64,000 bases of DNA from contig NC_045697.1 of the NCBI RefSeq assembly GCF_009834535.1, positions 115,632,001-115,696,000 on the forward strand, written 5' to 3'. How positions within the stretch are numbered: position 1 is the stretch's first letter; the number at the start of each line of letters is the position of its first letter. This document shows, in pieces, positions 35,901-48,833 of the stretch. The DNA comes from Camelus ferus. Its lineage: Eukaryota. The notes beneath the pieces were generated by a model, which searched no databases, was not told the DNA's origin, and was given only the letters and a program-made list of their open reading frames with translations. Made by a program: the position numbers and the translations under genes.

Positions 35901-37499
35901 AATCTGAAAGGACGATTTAGAGTCAGGTCCCATTGCCAAGGGCTCCAGGGTCATTTGTAAGTGGACTTGCTACCAGGTAGCCATAATGGTTTTTCATTTT
36001 CTATCAGATATTTCCGGGCAGATTGCAAAAGAAGTAATGGTCTTCAGGGGCATATTTCTACTTGGCAGACAGAGTCTAACATCAATGTTGAATATAGTAA
36101 CTACTCAGCTGGTTTTTTAATCAAATCAGTACAAATTCCTTCTACCCAACTTTCCAGCTTCAGTGATTTTTCTTACCCTGCTCTTAACTGACCTCAGTGT
36201 ATAATTTCGGGACTATGCTTCACAGAATTGGGTGTCTTTTCTTATTCTGGTCCAAGCCAAATTATTAGTTAACGTACTGATTGGAACGAAGTTATATCAA
36301 AAGTGATGAGCTCAAACTAGGAAACAGGTATATGGTCAGTCACCTAGTTTTTTTATGTGTGTGTTCATATATGTGTATATGCATACACATATATACACAT
36401 ATTACATATAGTACGTATATACATGTTATATATACATTGAACACATTTATATAAACCTCCCCAGGGCCATGTCCCTCTTTCCTCACAAGGAAAGCAAGCA
36501 ACCCCAACTGGAGTACTTCCCCCTTCTACACAAACTGTTTCTTGCTTCAACTTTGCTTCTTTAATCTTTGCGTTGAGAGAGTTTCCATCTTATGTTCGTG
36601 GATCATGTTAATAACACACAACCGAAAGGCATATTTGATCTGTTTCATGCTCTCCTGTCCAGTTTTGAAATGTCATTTTACTTCTGCCTTTTCTGTAAAA
36701 AGCAGTTGTTTTTCTCATCTATTTTTTCTGCTCAAGAGAGGTTGCAGCTTTTTACAGAAGACCAAGGCCGACTGAATCATCAGCAAGGAACTGGGCGAGG
36801 GGCATATATGAGATTGCTGGAGTTTTTTTTAATACAAAGGAATTCTGAGTTTTGGGAAGTGCCAGGGCCCAGTACCACTTTCTAACTTTTTCAGAACTAA
36901 ATGTATATGCTATTAACACTCATATTTCAACCTCGATTACCAGTCATAAAAATGGTTTGCGTATGCAGAGGAAGAAAGACTTGGCTTTCGTAGAAGAGTA
37001 AGTCACCACGCGTGGTTGATAATGGCTTCAAGTGGACCAAGCATATTATTTGTAGTATTTTCCACTAGCAAGAGGGCAGACATGCAAGGCTACACGTGGT
37101 CCAGGTTCCACTCCAATCAGTATATGGTGGGTACATCCTAAAAGCCCAGGATGGTGTAGTGTGCTCCATCACTCATACCCAGAAAGTCACTGGGGTTGTG
37201 TCTTTTATTAGCAATGACTGGTTCAAGGTCAACTGCAGTTGTGAGGGCTCACACTGGATACATTATATTGAGTCACAGAGAAGCTGGTTTCCACAGGGAG
37301 CCCTCAAACCACTATTGCAGACCCATCATAACTCATTGACAAGAGTTCAGGTAGTTTGATTTGATCTTGAAAATAAGAAGAACTAGGGAACACAAAGTGG
37401 TTTATGGTTCCGATGGAGTTTTTCCAATTTTATCCACCAACTCAATACCAAACCTCACCTCAGATACCAGAGACCTCTACCTTTCTGGCACCAGCTTTT

Positions 37500-37572
37500 T
37501 TTGATAAAGTTCTAAGTTGCAGATTTTCCTCTGGAGTTTAGAGGAAAATCTGCAACTTAGAACTTTATCAAA
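37500..37572. repeat. Perfect inverted repeat, 33-bp arms, 7-nt spacer
   Basis: TTTGATAAAGTTCTAAGTTGCAGATTTTCCTCT (37500-37532) / GGAGTTT / AGAGGAAAATCTGCAACTTAGAACTTTATCAAA (37540-37572). Confidence 0.98.
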
Positions 37573-37974
37573 TTTGGTTAAGACCATGAGTTTTGGTATG
37601 AATAAATACTACCTTTGTAGTTTCTAAATTATGTAACTTTAGTCGTTTTTCAACTTGCTTATAAAGCACATACCAAAATATGGGCCATCATGTATACTCA
37701 CTACATGGTAGCTCTTATAATACTGCTTGAATAGATCTGCTTTAAATACCCCTAGTCCAGACCTATATGAAATACTAAGAAAATGCAAGTCAGAACAGTG
37801 AGACTTTGAGATGTAGTTAAGGACTGTCTGTAGTTTTAGAAGGGAACACATCTTATCAGGACGTCTTTGATCTTCTTGTGAAAAGGAACTCTAAACTTAC
37901 TCCGAAAGAAGTCTCCATTTTATTGATCTTTTCTTCTTCATCACTGCCCTCCACTGAATGCTCAGTAGGTGCTC

Positions 37975-38170
37975 ATACACATTATCTTCTTTAATAAAGT
38001 GACAAAGTAATAAAGTGTTCTCACAGTAAAGTGATCAAGCAGGTAATTTTACTCATTTTACATATGAGAAAATTGACACTTAGAGAAGTTAGCTAACTTG
38101 TTTAGGAAAACACAGGTATTAAGAAAGAGGGTAAAGATTTAAAACCAAACATTCCTTAACCAAAGACCAA
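37975..38170 (-). mobile_element. MIR SINE relic
   Basis: CATTTTACATATGAGAAAATTGACACTTAGAGAAGTTAGCTAACTTG MIR core. Confidence 0.75.
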
Positions 38171-38191
38171 ACATTTTAACTATATAATATA

Positions 38192-38494
38192 CAATCATTT
38201 CATGGTATCCGTGAGGGATTGGTTCCTTACCAGCCCTCCCCAATATCAAAAGCCACAGATACCCAAGTCTCTTATATGAGTGAAATGCTGTAGTGTTAGA
38301 TTACCTGTAATACCTCATACCAACTGCACGCATCCTCCCATATATTTTAAATCATCTCTAGATTACCTATAATGCCTGACACAATGCAAATGCTATGTAA
38401 ATTGTTGCTGCCACACAGCAAATTCAAGTTTCATGTTTTGGAACTTCTTGTTTTTTTTTTTTTTTCCAAAAATGCGGCTATAGGGGGCTGATAG
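38192..38494 (+). mobile_element. MER2/MER2B-like Tigger (Tc1/mariner) MITE
   Basis: GGTATCCGTGAGGGATTGGTTCC...TTTAAATCATCTCTAGATTAC...GCTATGTAAAT; flanking TA dinucleotides. Confidence 0.85.
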
Positions 38495-38773
38495 TACTTT
38501 ATCTTATGGTGTGTTACATATCATGAGAGAGCAGAAAGTAACTTACTGAAGACAATTTTAGATCTTTCTTGCTTAAAGGATGATGACTCTACCTTTTTTT
38601 TTTTTTTCATTGTCAAGGATTTTACTATCAATCATCCGTGATTTCTTTTGTGTGGAACATGTGTGTCAAGAGGGAAAAAACATAAGGGCATTCCTTCTCC
38701 CAGCACCATTTTTTCTTTCAGGAACTGGGACATGCTAACCAGCCATCTGTCAGAAATACCCATGTTCTGAAAC

Positions 38774-38790
38774 GCTGCCATCTTGTGGTG
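38774..38790 (-). promoter_or_regulatory. CTCF motif
   Basis: Minus strand reads CACCACAAGATGGCAGC, a close match to the CTCF core CCASNAGRKGGCRS. Confidence 0.55.
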
Positions 38791-41700
38791 GCATCACGCT
38801 ATGGCAGCTCATAAAGCAAGCATCACCTCTGAGACGTCACTTGTGTTCGTTGGTGACTTCTCCTCATCTGGCTAAGTCGCAGTCGGAGCCGGAGGGCCTG
38901 TTCAGTTTCCTGATGTCACTGAAGGCACGTGGTTTATTTGTGAGTTTTGGATTATGTTTAGTTGAGGAAAAGTAAGGAGGCAGGAGAAAACGCCCACTCC
39001 GCTTTTTGTCAACTTTCCCTACAACATCAAACAGGAGGCAGACGATTCTGATGAGGCCCTTCGTCATTTGTAGACCCACAATTCTTCTTTATAGGTAACA
39101 GAAATGCTGTGCTTTCAGAATCAGGCAGCTTTCCTTTCTGTCACAGACAAGCCTTCTCTACTACCTTATTGATTCACCCAACCAATTAATCCATTGATCT
39201 TCTCCACGTCTATAAAAACAACAGCAACAAAAAAGCATGCCTATCCAATAGAAAAATAGGGTAGAGATGACAAGTCAGCTACAAATAAGATAATTAACAA
39301 AAAATGATGCCTACCGATATCTGCACTTTCTCAGTAGCTTCTTTTTTTTCATGTTTTTCCAACTGAATAGTCCGCAGTATGTTTCTGAAGCATAGCGAAA
39401 TCCATGACAATGATAAAAGAAGCTCCTTGGTAAGAGATGGAACTACGGAAGAAATAAGAGAGTTTTTATTTGTGTACATTTGGCTTCCAGTTCAAAGTTT
39501 ATGGTTTCCTTCCCCCATTCAGTTGACACATTGCTACAGCCCAGGCTGAAAGATCCGATCTACCACCACACGTGAATTGTGAAGACCAAGACATTTGAAA
39601 CTTTTCCTGGATTTATGACCTAGAAAAGCAAAAATAGAGCAGGACAAAGAAATAAATGGAACTATAAAGCAGATTTGAATCTATCTTGCAGGAAAAAAAA
39701 AGGGCATGAACTAAAACAGTTAGAAGATTCTAGAAGTTAAGAATTTATTCTGTGCAATGGCAACTGACCGAGTGGGTAAGTGAACGAGGGTGTTGATTCA
39801 TTTCTGACTAACTGGCTGCTAGGTCTATTCTGCAGCTTTGCTTAAGGGAGATAGTGGGGTGGGCCAAAGGTTTCAAAAAAGGCTTCATTTAAATTTCAGT
39901 CTGAGTCACACATGTAAATTACAAGGCAAAGATCACAGTGTAAGGGAAAAATTTGACTCTTATTCTCGGAAGCTGTACCGTCTTAATGATCCTTAATGGT
40001 TAAATATCACACTAAGAGCTCTAACATTTTTAGGCTGAAACAACCCTGGAGGCATATATGTCAATTTTGTAGTAATTACTCATTTTGTGGAGGAAACCCT
40101 ACATTATATGAAACATCAAAACCTAAATAGACTTTTAATTGTTCAGTCACAGAGATCTTCTACTGAGTTATCATCTCAAAATGATAAGTTATTAGCAAAT
40201 AACTAGCTTTCCTAGCACGAAACACCCACCAGTTAGAAAGGCAAGTGGAGCTAAGAAACAAGTCATGCCTGACCTAAAGCAGCACCAAAGGAACTGACAG
40301 GGAAGTCCTGAAAGACGAATTCTGTACAGGTAGCGTCTTTGGATATTGGTGATTAATTGGACCTGGGCGCAGGACTGTGGACTCGTAGAGGAGTGTAGGG
40401 TGACTCTCCCAATTCCAGTCTAGGCAATCAGGCAGATGGTGATTGTACTTTCTGAATTAGGGCACACAAATCGAACCAAATTGGGAATTTAGGAACACGC
40501 TGTGTCTGAACCACCTGCGTGACAAATGGATGTGAAGGCGGGGAGTGGGGAGCTCTGTGTATCAGTCAGGAGCTCAGAAGGAGAGTCAGAGCTTAAGACA
40601 AGGATTTGAAGTCATTAGCACAGGAGCAATACTTACCTTATAAACGTGTCCTCTAATACTACTCTGGATACATACCAGGCGTTTATTAAATGTCAGACAA
40701 CAAACAAATGAATCAATAAAAAGACTACATAAATTAATGAACTGCCACACTTTCCATAATGAGTCCTCTCTCTAACATTAATGTTATTAAACAGAAAAAA
40801 ATTCTCTTTCCAAACTTTCATAGACTGTGAGATTAGTGTTCAACTACTCGAGACAGTCACAATTTATTGAATGCCCAGAACGCCGAGAAACAAAACAAAA
40901 ATAAATAATTAAAGGGAAACACTGTGGTAGGGATGGCAGAAAAATTCAGAGATTTTAAAACAAAACAAAACATGAGCAGAACCGTAGCAGATTCATACAT
41001 TAAAGGAGAGTAAGCCAGATTGCACCCTGGAAAGAAGCACAGGACCAAATTATATTCTTTTAGGACCTACTTGTTACACATTTAGTTTCTCCTGACAGTG
41101 AGCATTGAATCTGATGAATTTTTGATACAGAAGATTTGCCTGGTGGGATGAAGGATGGATGAATGATGGGTTATAGTTCTCCCAAGTGCTTCAGGGTTAG
41201 AGCCCAGTAACCGTCCATCATCACCCAGTTTTGCAGAAACCAACCTTTATCTCCCTACCTTAAAACAGTTATAAAGCTTCAAATATCTACATGGTGCTCT
41301 TTTAATTAGCAGTGGGATTATTTCTCGTTCCAGGAATGGACAACATTAACGTTTCCATGCTGCCGAGACAATAGCTCAAAAATTGACCGGTAGATGAGAT
41401 ATCCAAGATGCAGGTCCAGGAAGCTTGTCTCAGTCTCAAAACTGGGACTCAAGGTACTCCATTGTCTTAGTTCCCAAGTGGCCACCTGTTTGCAAATGTT
41501 CTTGGAGATACACTAACTCTCTCCAGACACAAGGGCACAATTGCTTTTCAGTATGAGCTGATTTTCAGTCCTGGCTATTCGTTCTTATATTATTACCTCA
41601 GAACCACTCAGGTAAGACTGAAATCACTGGTCATTCTCTGCAATAATCCTGTCTGCCCCTTTGATGGTTCTAATGCCAGCACACTGAATCTCAGCCCGCA

Positions 41701-41839
41701 GCGTTCATTAAAAACACCATATTAAATAAAAGCAGGACTTCTCCACCGTTATTTTTAACACCGTATCCGTTCAAGTCATTCTGAAATCCAAGCAAAATGC
41801 CACATATCAGTGTCTTGTTTATCCAGAGCCAAGCAAATT

Positions 41840-42400
41840 TGTCAATAGTGATTTTCTTCACAGCTGCCAGAGTAATCATTCACTCCCCTGATGGAAACAC
41901 TCCCCACCATGTTGCATCTAAACTCCACGTGGTCTCAAAGGCACTACATGCTCTGTCCCCTGCCTGCATTTCCGACCACCACTCAATCCCCAGCTCTGCT
42001 CTAGGTCCCCTGGAGCAGCCCCTCTGAGACGCCGTGTTTATTCTTACTTAGGTCTTTTGCATTTGCTATCCCCACCGCCTAGAACCCTTTATCCTTAGAG
42101 CTTTACAATGTTCATTCCTTTAGTTCATCCAAGTCTCTGATTAAACATCGCTTCCCCCAAATACCCTTTCTAGACATCCTGCCAAACACATACACTCACA
42201 CACACACACAATCACATCTAACCTAGTCACATAATCTGCTTTTATCTTCTTAGTGTCAATCGCTAAACACAATCATATTACATATTTACTTGTTTTTTTC
42301 AATGTCTCTGGCTCTAAAAAGTAGGGCCTGAGGAGGGCGAGGTCTAGAACAGTGCCTAATACAGAGTAAACAATATTTTTAAGTAAATAATGAATTAAAT
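41840..42400 (+). mobile_element. L2 3' portion
   Basis: CTTCACAGCTGCCAGAG...GTCTTTTGCATTTGCT...TCTAGAACAGTGCCTAATACAGAGTA...AATGAAT. Confidence 0.7.
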
Positions 42401-43391
42401 AAACCATGAAATAATCATTAAATAAGTGATGAATAATAAATAAAATGATTTGTGCCTCAAGACAAAGAAATCATAGACATTTGTCTAGAGGCATGCTCCT
42501 TCAAAGTAAACAGCAGAAATGTGTACACTCTTCTCAGAAAGTTGATGTTTTCCGAAGTAGATGATGGACATCACAGGGAACGCTGGCATCCTCTGTTCAG
42601 CTGGAGCGAGGAGCCTGCATGGATAACATCTCGGCAACAAGCCCCTCAGGAGACATCAGAACTATTGTATTAATCAGAGTCTTTAAACTTTATTCTATTC
42701 GACACCCAGATAAATGTATGAAACTGCCGCGTGGTCCTGTAAATCAGCCTGCGATAGCAAAATGATGGCAGCTGTGGACAATGTTGCTTCTGTTGGGTCT
42801 TTTTCTGCTCAGTTCAGATGGCTGGGAGTTGATGGCTCACTGAGGATTCTAACTCATTATCATCTGGGTGGTCTGAAATCCTGAGTTCACTAGATAACTC
42901 TGATACCATCCCGGGGTTGTCATGTCAGCGGGAACGTGTGGAAATCATAAGCAGAACCCATATTCTCACAAAAGGGTAAGAAATTGAATTTTCCTTTATT
43001 TATTTTTTGCTTTGGGTGGTTTTTTTTTCTTTTTTGGCTTTGTTTATCACACGCTTTATTCATATGCACATGCTTTCTCCAGCGATTCAGTTTCTAACTT
43101 TTTATCATATAAGATAATTTGAAATGTACACAACAATGAAACTGTAAGAATGCCCACCAAGGTGTTATTTATCATTGTAAAACATTGCAAACAACATTAT
43201 AATGAAAATTCAGTAACATAACATGGTATAGATACATCAATGAAAGATGATGCAACCAATAAATGAGGTTATAGAAAGATATATTATCACAAAAATATTT
43301 ATAATTCATAGTTTAGTGAAAATTAAAAAATCTTTCTGAAAAAATAGCACATACACATATATATTTTTTATTTTGTGTATATGTGTATGTG

Positions 43392-44103
43392 TTTTAATTG
43401 AAGTACAGTCAATTTACAATTTTGTGTTAATTTCTGGTGTACAGCAGAGTAATTCAGTTATATATATATATTCATTTTCATATTCTTTTTCATTATAAGC
43501 TACTGCAAGATATTAAACATAGTTCCCTGTGCTATACAGTAGGATGTTGTTGTTTATCTATTTTATATATAGTAGTTAGTACATGCAAATCCCAAACTCC
43601 TAATGTATCCCTCCCTACCTTCTTTCCCCCTTGGTAACCATAAGGTTGCTCTCTATGTCTGGGAATCTGTTTCTGTTTTGTAAATAAATTAATTTGTGTC
43701 AGATTTCTTAGATTCCACATATAAGTGATATCATATAGTATTTTTTTCTCTTCCTGGCTTATTTCACTTAGAATGACAATCCCCAGGTCCATCGTATTAT
43801 TGTAAATGGCATTATTTTATTCTTTTTATTGGCTGAGTAGTATTCCATTGTGTATGTGTATGTGTGTGTGTATTCCACTGTGTATGTGTATGTGTGTGTG
43901 TGTGTATTCCATTGTGTATGTGTGTGTGTATTCCATTGTGTATGTGTATGTGTGTGTGTGTGTATTCCATTGTGTGTGTGTGTATTCCATTGTTTATGTG
44001 TGTGTGTATTCCATTGTGTATGTGTATGTGTATGTGTGTGTGTATTCCATTGTGTATGTGTATGTATATGTGTGTGTGTACCACATCTTCTTTATCCAGT
44101 CAT
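43392..44103 (-). mobile_element. 5'-truncated L1 (ORF2 C-terminus plus 3'UTR) containing a VNTR
   Basis: ORF 43532-43792 MDLGIVILSEISQEEKK is the L1 ORF2 tail; typical 3'UTR. Confidence 0.92.
43841..44080. repeat. Compound VNTR: 8 x TATTCCATTG plus (TG/TA)n
   Basis: Units start at 43841, 43871, 43905, 43929, 43963, 43983, 44007 and 44043. Confidence 0.95.
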
Positions 44104-44359
44104 ACATCCATACCTTTGAAAACATACTGACCTTATATCTGACTATATAAATCTTTACTCTGTTCTTAGTCCTTTATTTTCTTCATCTACCTTCAATAAC
44201 AATGTGATCAGTGTTGGCCTATTACCCAAGGCTGAAATTTCAAAGGCAGCTGATGACTGCTATTCCTTCCAACCTTGCAAAACCAAGGTCAAATTCCAGG
44301 TGTCTCTCAGAGCAATCTACCAAATATCTCATCATGAAACTTGATTTTGCATTAAGTAC

Positions 44360-47300
44360 ATTGGCCACAATAGCCTAAGCACCCACTCTAGGAAACTACA
44401 GAACAAAGAGCTAAAACACTCAGAAGGAAGGAAATCATGAAAAATTAGAATAGCAACAACAAAAATCAATGGAATTGAAAACAGCAGAAAAGTAGGAAAA
44501 AAAAAATCTCAATTAATGAATCCAAAAGCTGGTTCTTTGAAAAGACCAAAAAAATTGTTACCTCTTTGTGGGCTAAACAAAAACAAAAGACACAGAGAGA
44601 CAGAGAAGGAAAGAAGACATGTATTACCAATATTGGCAACTAAAGAAGGGAAGTTATCAATACTGACCCAGTGCACATTAAAAGGTTAATAAGGAAATCC
44701 TGTGAACAAGTCTATGCCCACAAGTTAGACAGCTCTGATAAACTGAACCAAACATTCAAACTGCCAAAATACAGTCAAGAAGAAATGAATAAATATCCCC
44801 ACATCTAATAAAGAAATTGAATTAATATTTTATATTCTTACAGAAAGAACTCACCAGGGCCAGATGGTGACTAACTCTACCAAATATTTTATGAAGAAAT
44901 AATACCAATTTTCCACAATCTCTTCCAGGAAATAAAAGAAGAAATACTTCTCAACTCATTTTATGAGCCCCACATGACTCTAATATCAAAGCAAAGATAT
45001 TACAAAGGACCAATATCCCCCATGAACAGAGACAAAAAGCTCTTAATAATATGTTAGCAAATCAAATCCAGCAAAGTTAAACAGGGTAATACATCATGAC
45101 CAAGAATGCAAGGCTGACTTGGCATCCGTAAATCAACTGATGTGGCCTCACATTATACTCTGAATAAGAAAAAATATATGATCATACCAATAATTGCAGA
45201 AAACCATTTGGAAAAAATTAATCACTTAAAAAAAAACTTTAAAAGAAAACTAGGAGCATAAAGGAATATCCTTTACTTAATAAAGAATATATATGTGTAT
45301 ATATATGCATATATATATAAAATTTGTAGATAACATATTTAGTGGGGAGAAACTAATGCTTTCCACATGAGATCAGAAATAAGGCAAGGATATCCTCTTT
45401 CTTTGTTCCTATTCAACATTGTACCTGATGTCCTAGTTAATTCAATAAGACAGGAAAGAGAAAAATACAGGTATACAAAATTTAAAGGAAAGAATAAAAG
45501 TCTTTAATCACAGATGACATGACTATCTGTGTAGATAGCCCTAAAAATAGCCAACAGAATAAGTAGCCAACAAAAAACTTCTGGAACAATTAGTGAATTT
45601 AGCATGGTAGCTGGATATAAGGCCAATATATTAAAAAGTCAGTTGCTTTCCTATATATCAGTAAAGAAAAATTAGAATATTAAATTTTAAAATACAATTT
45701 ACAATTGCACAAAAGGGTAAAATGATAAAATATTGATGAAAGACATCAAAGAAAAACTAAGTAAATGGAGAGATATTTTGTGTTTGTGGATTGGAAAAAT
45801 CAACATAGTAAAGATGTCAACTTTTTCTAAATGGATATATAGATTTCATACAACCCCATCAAAGTACCAGCAAACTTTTTTGGTGATAACAACAAACTGA
45901 TTCCAACATTTATATGCTAGAAAAGCAAATGCAATACTGAAAAAGAAAAACAAAGTGGGAGGACTCACACTACATTGATTACTGCAGCATGAAGATTTAC
46001 TACAAAGCTACAGTAACCAAGACACGTACTGCAGTGGAATAAAACAGAGAGCTTAGAGATAGCCCCACATGGATAAAGTCAACTGATTTTTGACAAAAGC
46101 AAAAAGGCATATAATGGATATAATACAAGAAGACTCTTCACCATAAATGCAGCTGAAATAATTGTCAGTCTGTAGTTTTTAAGACAGAAAGAAAGAAAAA
46201 ATAAGAAAAAACCAGACACAGACCACACATTTTACACTAATATTAACTCAAAATATACCACTGACCTAGTAAAATGCAAAGTTATAAAACTTCTAGAAGA
46301 AAAGAGATAAAATCTGAATGACCTGCAGTTTGGTGATGAGTTTAGACACATTTCAACACCGAAAGCACAGTCCCTGAAAGAAAAAATGTGTAAGCTGGAA
46401 TTTTATTTTTTTAAAAAATTGCTCTGCAAAGAACACTGTTAAGAGAATGAAAAGAGAAATCACAGACTGAAAAATATTGGCAAATAACTTTTCAGATAAA
46501 TGACTTGTACACAAAATATACAAAATTACATAATAATAAAACCTCTTAAACCTCAATAATAATAACAAAAAACTGAACAAACAACTCACCAAAAAATACA
46601 GACAGTAAACAAGCATATGAAAGTATCCTAACATATTTACCGTTAAGGAAATGCAAATTAAATGGCAATGGCATTCCACTACACACCTCCTGGAATGGTT
46701 TAAACCCAAAATCCAACAGTATCCATTGATGAGTATGTGGAGCAACAGGAACTCCCATTCATCGCTGGGGGGAATGCAAAATGTTATAACCACTTTGAAA
46801 GATATTTTGGCAGTTTCTCCTAAAGCAAGACGTAACCTGACTGGTGATCAACTTCAGTGTTTGCCAACTGATTTCAAAACTCACATCCACACAGAAAACC
46901 TGCACATAAGTCAATAATGAATCAGTTTTATCCACCATCATCATCAAAAACTGGATTAACTGAGATGTATTTTAATAGGTGAATAAATGAACACACCATG
47001 GTATCGTCACATAATGCTACTCAGTGATACAAATGGATGAACATCAACCCACAGAACAATGTGGATGAATTTTAAGTACACATGGCTAAGTAAGAGAAGC
47101 TAGTCTGAAGAGGCAGCATCCTTTATAATTCCATTTATATAACATTCTGAAGAACAGACTATAGAGAAGGGAAACAGACCAGTGGTTGTCAGGGGATGGA
47201 TTAGGTAAAGCACAAAGGAATTTTTAATGCTGTATTTTGTATGGCACTATAGTGTTAGACCCAAGATGCTATGAATTGGTCAAAACCCATAGAATTTTTC

Positions 47301-48823
47301 ATCACAAGAAGTTAATCTTAATATACACAAATAAACAAACAAAAAATCAAGGCAGTCGGGGATTCCAAGATAGAACACAAACCATGGCAAGAGAATCTAA
47401 ACCAACCATATTACAAATGTATGACCTAACTTCATTGGGGAGAGCGGGGGCAAATGTTCTCATGTAAGTAACTTTGGAAATGAGTGGAGACTGTAAGATT
47501 GTAGGAAAAAAGAAACTGTAAGCCCGCACTGGACTCCTGTAGGTAAGCCTGTTTCTTACAGGAGTGCAGGGTAACAACCTTAAACCCAAACAGAGGCCAG
47601 GATGGAGCAAATAAGTGAATGGATTGTAGATGGTAGAGGCAGGAGTCTCAGAGCTGGAGGGGAGTTTACAGATAAGCAAGGGGAGAAGGCCAGAAGGATC
47701 CACGTGGTCATGGATTGGAGCTGGTGCCATTAATAGGGACTCATGTTTAATTTCCTAGAGATGGAGAGAGACAGAAATACTTAGAGAAACCTATTGCCTG
47801 GGAGGGTTTAAATGCCAAAAGCACACCCAGCACAGAATCAGGAACCCTTGAAGAAACAGTTAATTCTAGGCCTGGGGAATGAATATACAATGGGAGCCCA
47901 GGGCATCATTCATCCAGAAAGTAATGAAAAGCTATATTAAACACACACACACATGCACACACAATGAACAGGGCTTGTAAAAGGGGCATGGGAGCCAAAT
48001 GAAAAAGCTCCCAGGGCTAGAACAATTCTAGCAGCAAAACAGATAACATTTTGGATTGTAACTCAAAGACTGAAATAAATACCATAAGCCCGTAGTCATC
48101 GAAATAGGTGATTGAACAAATACATAAATGGGCGGGAACAGACAAAAGTCCAACACAGAAAGAATTCTGAATGATTTATGTAGACACTGCCCCCTCAAGG
48201 TGGTGGAGCACCACTCCCTGGTCCTTAAGTGTGTGGTTGAGCATAGGGACTTCCTTGCAAAGAATACAGTATAGAAAGGGGGCAAAATGCTCACCTAAGT
48301 CAGAGAAACCTGACAAACTGCATCTGAGCTAAGTGATGATGGCTAGCATCGGCAGTGATAAGTCATGCTGGGAATATGTATCCTTGGTGTGATTTGATAA
48401 AAATGTCATTTATCCCTGTGACCTTTCTCCCAAAACACATGTCCCCCGTCTATTCATGGAAAATAGAAAAAAGGTAGACAAACCCAACTGAAAGCCATTC
48501 TACAAAATATCTGTCCAGTACTTGAAAAATTGTCAAGGCCACTGAAAACAAGGAAAGTCTGAGAAATGGTCACAGCAAAAAAGTATTCCATGGAAATATA
48601 ACTACTAAATGTTAACCTGTTATCTTGGATTGGATCTTGGGACAGCAAAAGAAAAAAACTAAAGAAAATGTAAAAGTACAATCCTATAATGCATGAATAT
48701 CAGTTCACTGATTATAACAAATGTTTCAGACCAAGGTAAGATGTTAACAGTAAGAGAAACAAGATGCAGAATGTAAGAAAACTCTCTATACTGTATTTGC
48801 AACTTTACAATAGATCTAAAAAC
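44360..48823 (+). mobile_element. Old L1 (L1MC/L1MD-type): degraded ORF2 and long 3'UTR
   Basis: AAAAGCTGGTTCTTTGAAAAGA, CCAGGGCCAGATGG, AAGGCAAGGATATCC, GGACTCACACTAC ORF2 landmarks; L1MC-like 3'UTR at ~48190-48820; may be more than one element. Confidence 0.85.
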
Positions 48824-48833
48824 TACATTGCCC

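Noticed and set aside
43806..44150. CRISPR-like repeat-spacer array and Cys/Val-rich ORFs
   Set aside because: The repeat is only 10 bp, the spacers are (TG)n, and it lies inside a mammalian L1; it is a VNTR and the ORFs are artefacts
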